Below, piece after piece: positions 16,985 through 25,611 of a DNA stretch of 64,000 nucleotides. Location: NCBI GenBank assembly GCA_934274515.1, contig CAKQTC010000010.1:2625-66624 (forward strand), read 5' to 3'. The position numbers were made by a program, and so were the translations under genes. The DNA is from an uncultured Clostridia bacterium. Its GTDB lineage: Bacteria; Bacillota; Clostridia; Christensenellales; DTU072. The notes under the pieces are model-generated. The model was not told the origin of the DNA. It saw only the letters and a list, made by a program, of their open reading frames with translations, and did no database searches. The number at the start of each line of letters is the position of its first letter. The stretch's first letter is position 1.

Positions 16985-17062
16985 ATAAGTAACGAGCCGT
17001 TACTTATTTGTTGTTTTGTTGGAATCCGCGTAGCAATAGTTGCGCGGATTTCTTTTTTTTAT
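16985..17062 (+). ncRNA. Candidate small RNA (about 75 nt): 5' hairpin plus intrinsic terminator
   Basis: 10-bp perfect hairpin ataagtaacg agc cgttacttat (16985-17007). A terminator stem aatccgcg / cgcggatt (17023-17050) is followed by tcttttttttatt. The unit starts immediately downstream of the consensus promoter and contains no ORF. Confidence 0.25.
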
Positions 17063-17084
17063 TCGATTATTCGTTTTGGATAAT

Positions 17085-17111
17085 AAAACGCACCGAAACA
17101 CGGTGCGTTTT
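17085..17111 (-). terminator. Intrinsic terminator for the M60-like gene (usable on both strands)
   Basis: Stem aaaacgcaccg / cggtgcgtttt with a 5-nt loop, located 33 nt beyond the stop of the minus-strand gene. Confidence 0.6.
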
Positions 17112-17143
17112 CCGATAAAAAGAATTAAAGTCCATCCGATTTT

Positions 17144-20100
17144 TTATGGCTTTTTACGCGATTTTTTCTTTAACAAAACTATCGCGAGTACCCCGAAAAC
17201 AAGGGCAATCGCCACGCTGACGACAATTCCGATAATCGCGCCTTTTTGTAGTTTTTTATCGTTTGGCGGTACGTTCGGTTCTCCGTTGTTCTCGCCGTTT
17301 CCGTCTCCCGAAACGTCGGGATTTTGAGGCTTGTTCGTTTCTCCGCTATCGGTAGACGGCGGCGCGGCGGATGCTTTGACTTCCACTTCTATGCTTACGC
17401 TCGACGTGTTTCCGTCCGCGTCCCGCACGGTATACTCTACCGGATAAATTCCTGCTTTGTGGGTATCCAAACTCGTTTTTACGGTCACCGCAGAACCGTT
17501 TACATCTATGAATAAATCTTCCGCGTCGGATACGGAGATAAGGGATAGTAAGTTTATTTCGTCGCCGATATTGATTTCCGCGCGCGCGACGGAGGCGATA
17601 ATTCTAGGCGGATTTCCTTTGGCGATTGTTTCGCAAAACGAGTCGAATTTGTCGCGGTCTTCGGGTTTGAGATTTTGATATATACGCAATATTTCGCGTT
17701 TGTTTTTCGGGTCGAAGCGTAAATTTTTCGCTTCGTCGGGCGTTATGTTTTTTGAGTATTCGTCTATTTTATTAATCCACTCGGTTTTTATCGTTTCGTA
17801 CAAAATTTCGTCTTCGTTAAACTCCGCGGCACCGAGTTTTTTAAGTCCGTTTTCGGTGATCAGATATTCGGTGGTTTGTTGCGTCGTTTTGTATTCGGGA
17901 ATTTCTTGCATAGGCATTGTTAATAGCGACCAAACGCCGACTTTTTCGGGTTTATGGGTAAAAACTCGTATTTTGTAGCCGTATTCGAGAGCGACGTCTT
18001 TATTTTCTAGCGACAACGACGAAAAATAACCGTTACCCTTTATCGCGTATTCGACGACGGACTCGCCGTTTTGTTTAAGTACGGCTACCGACGCGAAAAC
18101 GTCGTCGGGCTTCGCCGCCCATACGGCGTTTTGATTGCCCATATTCGCACCGCCGAGTGAGACGGAACCCGTTTTGTTGTCGTTCGACAGCGCAAGAGAA
18201 AATCCGTCCGTGTTGTAAATACCGAGTAGCCTAAGTTTCGTCGGGTGATAAATTTTGGTGTTTGACGCAATTTTTTCGTATTTTACAACTAACTCGTTGG
18301 TCGCGGTTTCGTTTGAGGAAAGGACAAAAGACGGATTTTTTACGTCGTAATCGAGTATCGGCGGAACGAGTATCCGATACGCGCCGAGGGTAAGGTTTTT
18401 TAACGTGAAAACAGCCGTTTCGAGAGTAATTAGGCGGACGAGTTCGGAGCCTTTGTATAGTCCTACGTTTCGACCTTTAATCACGTAAAAGTCGTCAACG
18501 TCAATCGTTACCGTCAGTTCGGTTTCTTCCGTAAGAGGCAGTTCGGTTTCGGGGACGGGAGCATAAAGAAGGTCGAGTTTTCCGCTTTGTAACAACGATT
18601 TTGTTTTTTCGTCGTCGAGAACGTCGCTCGGAATGACGAACGGGACTAGATTTTTTGAGGATAGTTCCATATCGACCGCGTCGGAAATCGTAAGTTTCCA
18701 GGCTTTAAGATATGGAATGACGTTCGCGCCGTACTCTTTTGCGAAAAACTTTGCGTACAAATCGGGCGTAGTAAACGCGTGTACGCCTTTTTCGGCGGCT
18801 AGCGCGCGATAGAAAGAAAACAGTTTGCCGTACGTTTTCGAACCTTCGAAGGAATTGAAAAGGTTAATTAACGCATAGAGTTTTTCCGAGGCGTTGACGT
18901 AAGTCGAAGTGGCGACGAATACGTCGCCGCCGTTTAAGCGCAGGGCGTTTTTGTCTTTTTCGACGGCGGAAAGAGAACCGCCCAACCAGTTATCCTTTCC
19001 TTTATAGATAGTTCTGTCGTTTTGTATGTAATAGGCGAGTACGTTGTTGCCCGTTTCGTTAAGCCCGATATTCATATTCGCGGTGTTGCCCCTGCCGAGA
19101 TAACCTTGGTAGCCGTGCGCTATCTCGTGAAGAGTTCCCCATCCGTATTGAAAAAACGGCGCGGCGGTGGAACTTCCGACAGCGATAAAACCGCCCCCGT
19201 AGTACGCGCCTACGCCTGCCTGCCCCGCGTCCGCCGCACAGGTGTATTTTATGCGGTAGTTGCGGTCGAGCGCATTTGTCGGAGTAAACGACAAACCTAT
19301 CATAGCGTCCATACGGTCCATAACTTCTTTATAATACTCGAAGAACGCGTCAAGAGAAGGGAACGGCGCGTTGTAACCGCTTGCTTGGTAATTGCTGAGT
19401 TTGTCCACGTCGGCAAACGGTACGATAACGAGCATCGCTTCGCCGTCAACCACGCCAAATTCGGTTTTCGTTTGTTTCCACGTCGAAACGAACGCCTGTT
19501 CGTCGTCTTTATAATGATAATAGTCGAGCGGTTTCGCCGATTTGTCGAAACATATTTCGATGTTGTACCCGACGTCCGTCCGTTCTTCGCTTAGTCTAGG
19601 GGAAGTAATAAGGGGAACGGCAGCGTAAGAAACGTTGCCTTTCTTGTTGGAAAACGTTTGGTGGTCGGTTGACGATTTATGTATATACGAGAACGAGTTT
19701 TGTAATCGAGTGTTGGTGAAAAACGTGATTTCAAAGTCTTTTTCCGCGTCCGAAGAAAGAGAACGCGCGCTAAAAGTCGCTCCTTCGGGCAGGAAAATGC
19801 CGAGAATTTGTCGGTCTCCCGTGTTGCAACGTTCGGTGCCGACAAAAGACAGGTTTTTCATAGCGGGAACCGCGTAAACCGTCCGCTGCACGACGAAGCG
19901 TTTGCCCGTTTCGTCAAGCACGGTTACGGGAACGGTAATTCGCGCCGTGTTACCGTGTTTGTCCGTTACCGCATAGCGTACGGAATATTCCCCGACAACC
20001 TTAGGGTCAACGTCGTTACGCTCGCATACGATATTCGGCGTCACGTCGCCGTCCTCGTAATCTTTTGCGAATATACGAAAACGACTGTCATTAACGGAAA

Positions 20101-20296
20101 AAGAAGAAACGGCGTCTTTCGTTAGCGTAATTTTTGTCGCGCCGTAAAACGTCGGGGCGGCGGTTTCGTCGTAAAACGAAACGCTTTCCGCGTTTGCGTA
20201 ACCATCGCGCGAAACCGCCGCACTGACTCCCGCGGAAAAAATTATCGCCGCAATAAACACGATTACCATTAATATAAAACTGCTCTTCTTTGTCAT
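17144..20296 (-). CDS. Membrane-anchored surface protein with an M60-like (enhancin-like) gluzincin metallopeptidase domain and Ig-like domains
   Basis: Signal peptide (FILMVIVFIAAIIFSAGVSAA). DUF5011/Big-like segments sit near both ends (GDVTPNIVCERNDVDPKVVGEYSVRYAVTDKHGNTARITVPVTV; HKAGIYPVEYTVRDADGNTSSVSIEVEV). Zinc motif HEIAHGYQG...(19 aa)...E fits HExxH-x(8-24)-E. C-terminal TM helix and KKKSRKKP tail. Confidence 0.6.
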   Translation of the reverse strand: MTKKSSFILMVIVFIAAIIFSAGVSAAVSRDGYANAESVSFYDETAAPTFYGATKITLTKDAVSSFSVNDSRFRIFAKDYEDGDVTPNIVCERNDVDPKVVGEYSVRYAVTDKHGNTARITVPVTVLDETGKRFVVQRTVYAVPAMKNLSFVGTERCNTGDRQILGIFLPEGATFSARSLSSDAEKDFEITFFTNTRLQNSFSYIHKSSTDHQTFSNKKGNVSYAAVPLITSPRLSEERTDVGYNIEICFDKSAKPLDYYHYKDDEQAFVSTWKQTKTEFGVVDGEAMLVIVPFADVDKLSNYQASGYNAPFPSLDAFFEYYKEVMDRMDAMIGLSFTPTNALDRNYRIKYTCAADAGQAGVGAYYGGGFIAVGSSTAAPFFQYGWGTLHEIAHGYQGYLGRGNTANMNIGLNETGNNVLAYYIQNDRTIYKGKDNWLGGSLSAVEKDKNALRLNGGDVFVATSTYVNASEKLYALINLFNSFEGSKTYGKLFSFYRALAAEKGVHAFTTPDLYAKFFAKEYGANVIPYLKAWKLTISDAVDMELSSKNLVPFVIPSDVLDDEKTKSLLQSGKLDLLYAPVPETELPLTEETELTVTIDVDDFYVIKGRNVGLYKGSELVRLITLETAVFTLKNLTLGAYRILVPPILDYDVKNPSFVLSSNETATNELVVKYEKIASNTKIYHPTKLRLLGIYNTDGFSLALSNDNKTGSVSLGGANMGNQNAVWAAKPDDVFASVAVLKQNGESVVEYAIKGNGYFSSLSLENKDVALEYGYKIRVFTHKPEKVGVWSLLTMPMQEIPEYKTTQQTTEYLITENGLKKLGAAEFNEDEILYETIKTEWINKIDEYSKNITPDEAKNLRFDPKNKREILRIYQNLKPEDRDKFDSFCETIAKGNPPRIIASVARAEINIGDEINLLSLISVSDAEDLFIDVNGSAVTVKTSLDTHKAGIYPVEYTVRDADGNTSSVSIEVEVKASAAPPSTDSGETNKPQNPDVSGDGNGENNGEPNVPPNDKKLQKGAIIGIVVSVAIALVFGVLAIVLLKKKSRKKP

Positions 20297-20413
20297 TAAT
20301 TAATCCTTATAACTTACCCTTTTTATTTAACTATATCATATTTTCCGCTTGCGAACAACGCCGCAACCCTCTGCCCGAAGAAAAATTTTCGTCAAAAATT
20401 TTTGATAAAGTTA

Positions 20414-20442
20414 TTGACAAATTTACCGAATGGGAATAATAT
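20414..20442 (+). promoter_or_regulatory. SigmaA-type promoter of the arsR-HMA-ATPase operon
   Basis: TTGACA (20414-20419), a 17-bp spacer, then TAATAT (20437-20442). Confidence 0.5.
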
Positions 20443-20481
20443 ATGAATGACAATAAATATGAATGGTGATAAATATGAATG
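20441..20481 (+). promoter_or_regulatory. Three direct repeats ATATGAATG phased at exactly 16 bp; candidate operator
   Basis: Copies at 20441-20449, 20457-20465 and 20473-20481. They begin at the -10 box and run into the first codons of the ArsR-family gene. Confidence 0.45.
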
Positions 20482-20840
20482 TGCACGCAAATGAGAACTT
20501 AAAGAAAGCGCATGACCACGGGAAGGTGCTTGAACTTGTGACGCGGGGGATGCCGGGGGATAACAAACTTACGGAGTTAGCCGATTTGTTCAAGTTATTC
20601 GGGGATAAGACGCGAATAAAGATATTGTATTCGTTGTTTGAGTCGGAGATGTGCGTATGTGCGATAAGCGAGATGCTCGATATGAGTCAATCGGCTATAT
20701 CGCATCAACTAAAAGTGTTGCGAGAAGGTAATTTGATTACGAACAGGCGCGACGGGAAAACGATTTATTATCGGCTTGCGGACGAACACGTTCGCACGAT
20801 AATAGGGCAAGGATACGAACATATAACGGAAGGAGAATAG
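20463..20840 (+). CDS. ArsR/SmtB-family metal-responsive transcriptional repressor (CadC/CzrA-like)
   Basis: LFGDKTRIKILYSL, the metal-site-like EMCVCAISEML, and the recognition helix QSAISHQLKVLRE. The true start may be the ATG at 20475 (MNVHANE). Confidence 0.85.
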   Translation: MVINMNVHANENLKKAHDHGKVLELVTRGMPGDNKLTELADLFKLFGDKTRIKILYSLFESEMCVCAISEMLDMSQSAISHQLKVLREGNLITNRRDGKTIYYRLADEHVRTIIGQGYEHITEGE

Positions 20841-20845
20841 GAAGA

Positions 20846-21067
20846 ATGAAAAAAGTGTTTATGCTTGAAGATTTGGACTGCGCCAACTGTGCGGCGAAGA
20901 TGGAAGAAGCGATTAAGAAAATCGACGGCGTAGAAAACGCGTCGGTTAATTTTATTATGCAAAAAATGACCGTCGAGGCGATCGACGATGAGTTTGACGC
21001 GATTATGAAGAAAGTAATAAAGGTATGCAGAAAGATCGAACCCGACTGCACGATAATAATCAAGTAA
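20846..21067 (+). CDS. Stand-alone heavy-metal-associated (HMA) domain protein
   Basis: 73 aa with the motif LEDLDCANCAAKMEEAIKKIDGVENASVNF (CxxC in a ferredoxin-like fold). RBS is GGAAGGAG. Confidence 0.8.
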   Translation: MKKVFMLEDLDCANCAAKMEEAIKKIDGVENASVNFIMQKMTVEAIDDEFDAIMKKVIKVCRKIEPDCTIIIK

Positions 21068-21083
21068 AGAAACGAACTGTTTT

Positions 21084-22970
21084 ATGACGAGAAAGCAAAA
21101 AAAGAATTTGATACGAATTTGCGTTGCGGCGGCGTTACTTCTTGTCGCTTACCTTATAGACAGGTTTGTCGAAAGCGTACCGTGGTGGGGAATGTTGCTT
21201 ATTTACGCCGTCCCTTATCTTACGGTTGGTTACGACGTGATAATCGGCGCGGGGAAAAACATTGCGCACGGGCGAATTTTTGACGAGCGATTTCTTATGA
21301 TAGTGGCTACGTTCGGCGCGTTTGGGGTTCTTGAATTCCCGGAAGCGGTACTTGTAATGCTACTTTATCAGATAGGAGAACTTTTCCAGGGGATAGCGGT
21401 AGGGAAGAGCAGAAAGAGTATATCCGCGCTTATGGATATACGTCCGGACATAGCGGCGGTAATACGCGACGGGGAAGAAGTAAGAGTTTCTCCCGAGGAA
21501 GTGGAAAAAGGCGAGCGGATAGTCGTTCGACCCGGAGAGAAAATTCCGCTTGACGGAATTATAGTAAAGGGCGAAACCGCCGTCAACGCCGCTGCATTGA
21601 CGGGAGAGAGTTTGCCTATAGATAAAACCGTAGGAGAGCAGGTTTTAAGCGGCAGCGTCAACGTGAGCGGGGTTATCGAAGTGGAAACGACGGGAGTTTT
21701 TGCCGAAAGCACGGTATCGAAAATCCTTGCGCTGGTAGAGAATTCGTCTGAAAAGAAATCGAAAAGCGAGAATTTTATAACGAAATTTGCCAAGTATTAC
21801 ACGCCGTGCGTGGTTATAGCGGCGGTGCTTTTGGCGGTTATTCCGTCGTTAATCGACCACAACTGGACGCAGTGGATAAAAAGAGCGCTTACGTTTTTGG
21901 TCGTGTCGTGTCCTTGTGCGCTTGTAATCAGCGTTCCGTTGTCGTTTTTTGCAGGTATCGGCGGCGCGTCGAGCAAAGGTATCCTTATAAAGGGGTCGAA
22001 TTACCTCGAACTGCTTTCCAAGCCCGCGTCGGTTATATTCGATAAAACGGGAACGCTCACGAAAGGCGTGTTCGAAGTAACGGCGATACATCCCGAAAAG
22101 GCGAGCGAAGACGAACTTTTGGATATTGCCGCGCTTGCCGAAAGTTATTCGTCACACCCGATAGCGGAGTCCATAATAAAAGCGCACGGCGGAGATATTG
22201 ATAAAAACAGGATAACGGACGTTAAAGAAAGGGCGGGATACGGTGTGACGGGCGTACTTGACGGAAAGCGAGTTGCCATAGGCAACGCGTTGCTTATGAA
22301 AGAGGTAGGCGCGGCAAGCCACGAATGTCATCTTACGGGGACGATAATTCACGTTGCCGTAGACGGGGAATATCTCGGACATATAGTCGTGTCCGACGTG
22401 GTAAAACCCGACGCCAAACAAGCGATTATCGAACTAAAAACGCTCGGCGCGACAAAAACCGTTATGCTTACCGGCGACGGGAAACGCGTAGCGGAAGAAA
22501 TAGCAAGCGAAATCGGAATAGACGAAGTTAAAAGCGGACTTTTACCGGAAAACAAAGTTGAAGAAGCGGAAAAAATCATAAACGAAAAAGGTACGACGGT
22601 ATACGTCGGCGACGGAATAAACGACGCGCCCGTGCTAATGAGAGCGGACGTGGGAATAGCGATGGGCGCAATCGGCAGCGACGCGGCTATCGAAGCGGCG
22701 GACGTGGTAATTATGGACGACAAACCGTCCAAAGTAGCAGAATCGGTAAAAATCGCAAGAAGAACCATGCGTATCGTTTACGAAAATATTGTGTTCGCAC
22801 TCGCGGTTAAACTTACGGTGCTAATCCTAAGCGCAGTCGGCGTAACGGGTATGGGAATAGCGGTTTTCGCAGACGTAGGAGTGTGCGTGATAGCGGTGCT
22901 AAACGCAATGAGAGCATTAAAAACAAAACGCGACAACGTGACGTTGCATCCTGTAATCGAGCAAAGTTAG
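21084..22970 (+). CDS. cadA: Heavy-metal (Cd/Zn/Co-type) P1B ATPase lacking a fused HMA domain
   Basis: CPC motif (SCPCALVISVP), DKTGTLT, GDGINDAP. The operon context is an ArsR/CadC-like repressor plus a separate HMA protein. Metal specificity is inferred, not shown by the sequence. Confidence 0.88.
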   Translation: MTRKQKKNLIRICVAAALLLVAYLIDRFVESVPWWGMLLIYAVPYLTVGYDVIIGAGKNIAHGRIFDERFLMIVATFGAFGVLEFPEAVLVMLLYQIGELFQGIAVGKSRKSISALMDIRPDIAAVIRDGEEVRVSPEEVEKGERIVVRPGEKIPLDGIIVKGETAVNAAALTGESLPIDKTVGEQVLSGSVNVSGVIEVETTGVFAESTVSKILALVENSSEKKSKSENFITKFAKYYTPCVVIAAVLLAVIPSLIDHNWTQWIKRALTFLVVSCPCALVISVPLSFFAGIGGASSKGILIKGSNYLELLSKPASVIFDKTGTLTKGVFEVTAIHPEKASEDELLDIAALAESYSSHPIAESIIKAHGGDIDKNRITDVKERAGYGVTGVLDGKRVAIGNALLMKEVGAASHECHLTGTIIHVAVDGEYLGHIVVSDVVKPDAKQAIIELKTLGATKTVMLTGDGKRVAEEIASEIGIDEVKSGLLPENKVEEAEKIINEKGTTVYVGDGINDAPVLMRADVGIAMGAIGSDAAIEAADVVIMDDKPSKVAESVKIARRTMRIVYENIVFALAVKLTVLILSAVGVTGMGIAVFADVGVCVIAVLNAMRALKTKRDNVTLHPVIEQS

Positions 22971-23185
22971 TCGCGGAAGAAACGCTCTGTCCGTCGGTAT
23001 CGTCACCCTGAGCAACGTCGAAGGGGCTAGCGCAAGCGGCAACGCTTTGCGTTGCGTCGGACATTCTCGGCTCGACCGAGCATTTGACAATTTTTAGAAA
23101 ATTCTCAAAAAAATTTAGTTAAAAATTAGGTTTTTATTTTAGAATGTGGATATAAAATTAAATCGGGTCGGGTTAAGGAGTTATT

Positions 23186-23854
23186 ATGAAACTGTTGCTT
23201 GCCGAAGACGAACGTGATTTGTCAAACGCGATTGTTAGAGTTTTGAAATACAACAAATATGACGTGGATGCGGTTTATGACGGCGAAGAGGCGTTGTCAT
23301 ATCTGTCTTACAACGATTACGACGGCGTTATTCTCGACGTTATGATGCCGAAAAAAGACGGTTTTACCGTGGTTAAAGAGTTGCGCGAAAAAGGGAAAAA
23401 CGTTCCCGTGCTTATCTTGACCGCGCGAGCGGAAACCGACGATAAAGTCAAAGGGCTTGACTTCGGCGCGGACGATTACTTGACAAAACCGTTCGTATTG
23501 AGCGAATTTTTGGCGCGTGTTCGCGCGCTTTGCCGAAGAAAGGGCGATTATACCGAGAGTTACTCGTTCGGAAACGTTACGCTTAAACACGATACGTTTG
23601 AACTGTGCGCGGAGAAAACCGTGCGCCTCACGAACAAGGAATATCGGCTTATGGAATATCTCATCCGAAACAAAGATCTGATGTTGTCCACAGAAAAAAT
23701 AATGGAAAACGTGTGGGAATTCGACTCGGCGGCGGAAATAAGCGTAGTCTGGGTTTATATATCCGCGCTTAGAAAAAAACTCGAAGAAATCGGCGCGAAC
23801 TGCACGATTAAAGCGGTGCGCGGAGTAGGTTATCGGCTGCAAAAACGCGACTGA
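23186..23854 (+). CDS. OmpR/PhoB-family response regulator
   Basis: REC motifs (LLAEDE, ILDVMMPKKDG, LTARAE, TKPF). Trans_reg_C wHTH (VRLTNKEYRLMEYLIRN ... VRGVGYRL). Confidence 0.9.
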   Translation: MKLLLAEDERDLSNAIVRVLKYNKYDVDAVYDGEEALSYLSYNDYDGVILDVMMPKKDGFTVVKELREKGKNVPVLILTARAETDDKVKGLDFGADDYLTKPFVLSEFLARVRALCRRKGDYTESYSFGNVTLKHDTFELCAEKTVRLTNKEYRLMEYLIRNKDLMLSTEKIMENVWEFDSAAEISVVWVYISALRKKLEEIGANCTIKAVRGVGYRLQKRD

Positions 23855-23884
23855 TTTTCGGCGGCAAGGCAAAGAAATAAAACT

Positions 23885-25132
23885 ATGCTTAAAAAATTAC
23901 AAACAAAATTTATATCCATCACAATGGCATCCGTTATTCTGATTCTGCTCACGATTATGCTTAGCGTAAACTTGGCAAACTTTATTACGGTGACCAAAGC
24001 CGCGGACAAACTCATAGATATGATAGCCTCAGGCGGCGGAAAATTCCCTTCGACAAACGAAGAAATCGCTCCGCCCGACAAGCCCGACGACCGTCCAAAC
24101 AATCCGAACGTCCGCCCGAACACGCCGAAAAACGACGCAGAAGCGCCGTTTGATACAAGGTTTTTTACCGTGACCTTTACCGAGAACGGAAACGTCTACG
24201 CGTCCGACATAGATAAAATTGCCGCAATAAACAACGAGAAAGCGGCAGAAATGGCTACCAAAGCATTGAGAAAGGGAAACGAAAGAGGATATTCGAGTGT
24301 TTATCGGTATCTTATCACCAAAGATATGAACGGGCGCGATATGGTTATATTCGTTGACTTTTCAAGACAACTTACGCCTACTAAAAACTTTTTGGAAATA
24401 AGTTTAATCGTTGCGGCTGTCGGGGTTGCGATAGTGTTCGTGTTCGTTTTACTCGTTTCAAAAAAACTCGTCAAGCCGATAGCGGACAGTTACGAAAGAC
24501 AAAAGCGGTTCGTTACCGACGCCGGACACGAATTGAAAACGCCGCTTACCGTTATATCCGCAAACAACGATTTGTCGGAAATGGAAACGGGAAAAACCGA
24601 AAGCACCGAAGCGATAAGAAAACAAGTAAAGAAACTTACTTCGATGGTCAACAATTTAACGATGCTTGCCAAACTCGACGAAAATTCCGCGTCGAAATTT
24701 GAAAAATTCAACGTTTCCGACCTCGTATGCGACGCGTTCGACAACTTCAAAGCGTCGTATGAAAACGGCGGAAAAATTCTCACGGTTTCGGCAGAAGACG
24801 CGACGATAAACGCAGACAAAACGTTAGTGGAAAAACTCGTCGGCATCTTAGCGGAAAACGCAAACAAATATTCGTTGACTTTTACCGACGTCAAACTCGT
24901 CAAATCGGGAGCAAACGTAATTTTGACAGTCGCCAACGATGCTGTCGGTATAAAAGAAGGCAGTCAAAACAAATGTTTCGAGCGTTTTTACCGTTCGGAC
25001 GAGGCGCGCGCCGGCGGCGTGGAAGGGAGCGGAATAGGCTTGTCGGTCGCAAAAGAAATAGTCGCAAAACATAAAGGCAAAATCACTGCGGAAGGCAAAA
25101 ACGGAATTTTTGAAATAAAAGTCGTTTTGTAA
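23885..25132 (+). CDS. Sensor histidine kinase (HisKA/HATPase_c), partner of the OmpR-type regulator
   Basis: Two TM segments flank a Pro/Asn-rich extracellular loop. H-box is DAGHELKTPLTVI, and the G-box is GSGIGLSVAKEIV. Confidence 0.85.
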   Translation: MLKKLQTKFISITMASVILILLTIMLSVNLANFITVTKAADKLIDMIASGGGKFPSTNEEIAPPDKPDDRPNNPNVRPNTPKNDAEAPFDTRFFTVTFTENGNVYASDIDKIAAINNEKAAEMATKALRKGNERGYSSVYRYLITKDMNGRDMVIFVDFSRQLTPTKNFLEISLIVAAVGVAIVFVFVLLVSKKLVKPIADSYERQKRFVTDAGHELKTPLTVISANNDLSEMETGKTESTEAIRKQVKKLTSMVNNLTMLAKLDENSASKFEKFNVSDLVCDAFDNFKASYENGGKILTVSAEDATINADKTLVEKLVGILAENANKYSLTFTDVKLVKSGANVILTVANDAVGIKEGSQNKCFERFYRSDEARAGGVEGSGIGLSVAKEIVAKHKGKITAEGKNGIFEIKVVL

Positions 25133-25246
25133 ACCGCTCGTAAAACCCTCGTTACTTAAACCGAATCGCCGCTTTTCGCCCGTCACGAAACGCCGAAAGC
25201 AAAACTATATATTGATATTATATATACAACTGTTTATATACTAATA

Positions 25247-25272
25247 ACCGTCGTATTCTACGGCGGTTTTTT
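25247..25272 (+). terminator. Rho-independent terminator after the kinase gene
   Basis: Stem accgtcgta / tacggcggt (one mismatch) with a 3-nt loop, followed by tttttt. Confidence 0.55.
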
Positions 25273-25518
25273 CACGAAAAGAGTTATGGCTGTCGGACGA
25301 AACGGCAGTTTAAGCGACAGGAAAAACGAAGAGCATAAAGTCTTGAAAGGCGTTAGCGTTATCGGATAAAGCGGCAAAAAAGAAAATCGACAGGCAGAAC
25401 GAAGAGCATTAAGCCTTGAAAATCGCTATAAAAAAACGTAGAGCGTGAAGCAAAAATTTAAGTCCGCGTAAGCAGACGTAAAAAATTCAAAAAAATTTAT
25501 TTTTTTTGTAAAAATCGC

Positions 25519-25547
25519 TTTACAAACTTTTTTCCATGCTATATAAT
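25519..25547 (+). promoter_or_regulatory. SigmaA-type promoter of the amino-acid ABC operon
   Basis: TTTACA (25519-25524), a 17-bp spacer, then TATAAT (25542-25547). Confidence 0.5.
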
Positions 25548-25611
25548 GAGGGCATAAACGCTTTAACGAAGTAAAGTGCTAAAACAGTAAAGCAGAAGGA
25601 GAGAAAAAATA

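Noticed and set aside
22813-23064. 83-aa minus-strand ORF and a GC-rich patch after the cadA-like gene, including small hairpins gcaacgc-ttt-gcgttgc and ctcgg-ctcga-ccgag.
   Set aside because: The ORF overlaps the ATPase 3' end and has no RBS or motifs. The GC-rich patch may be a structured 3' element, but I could not define a convincing terminator (no U-tract) or a repeat family from one copy.
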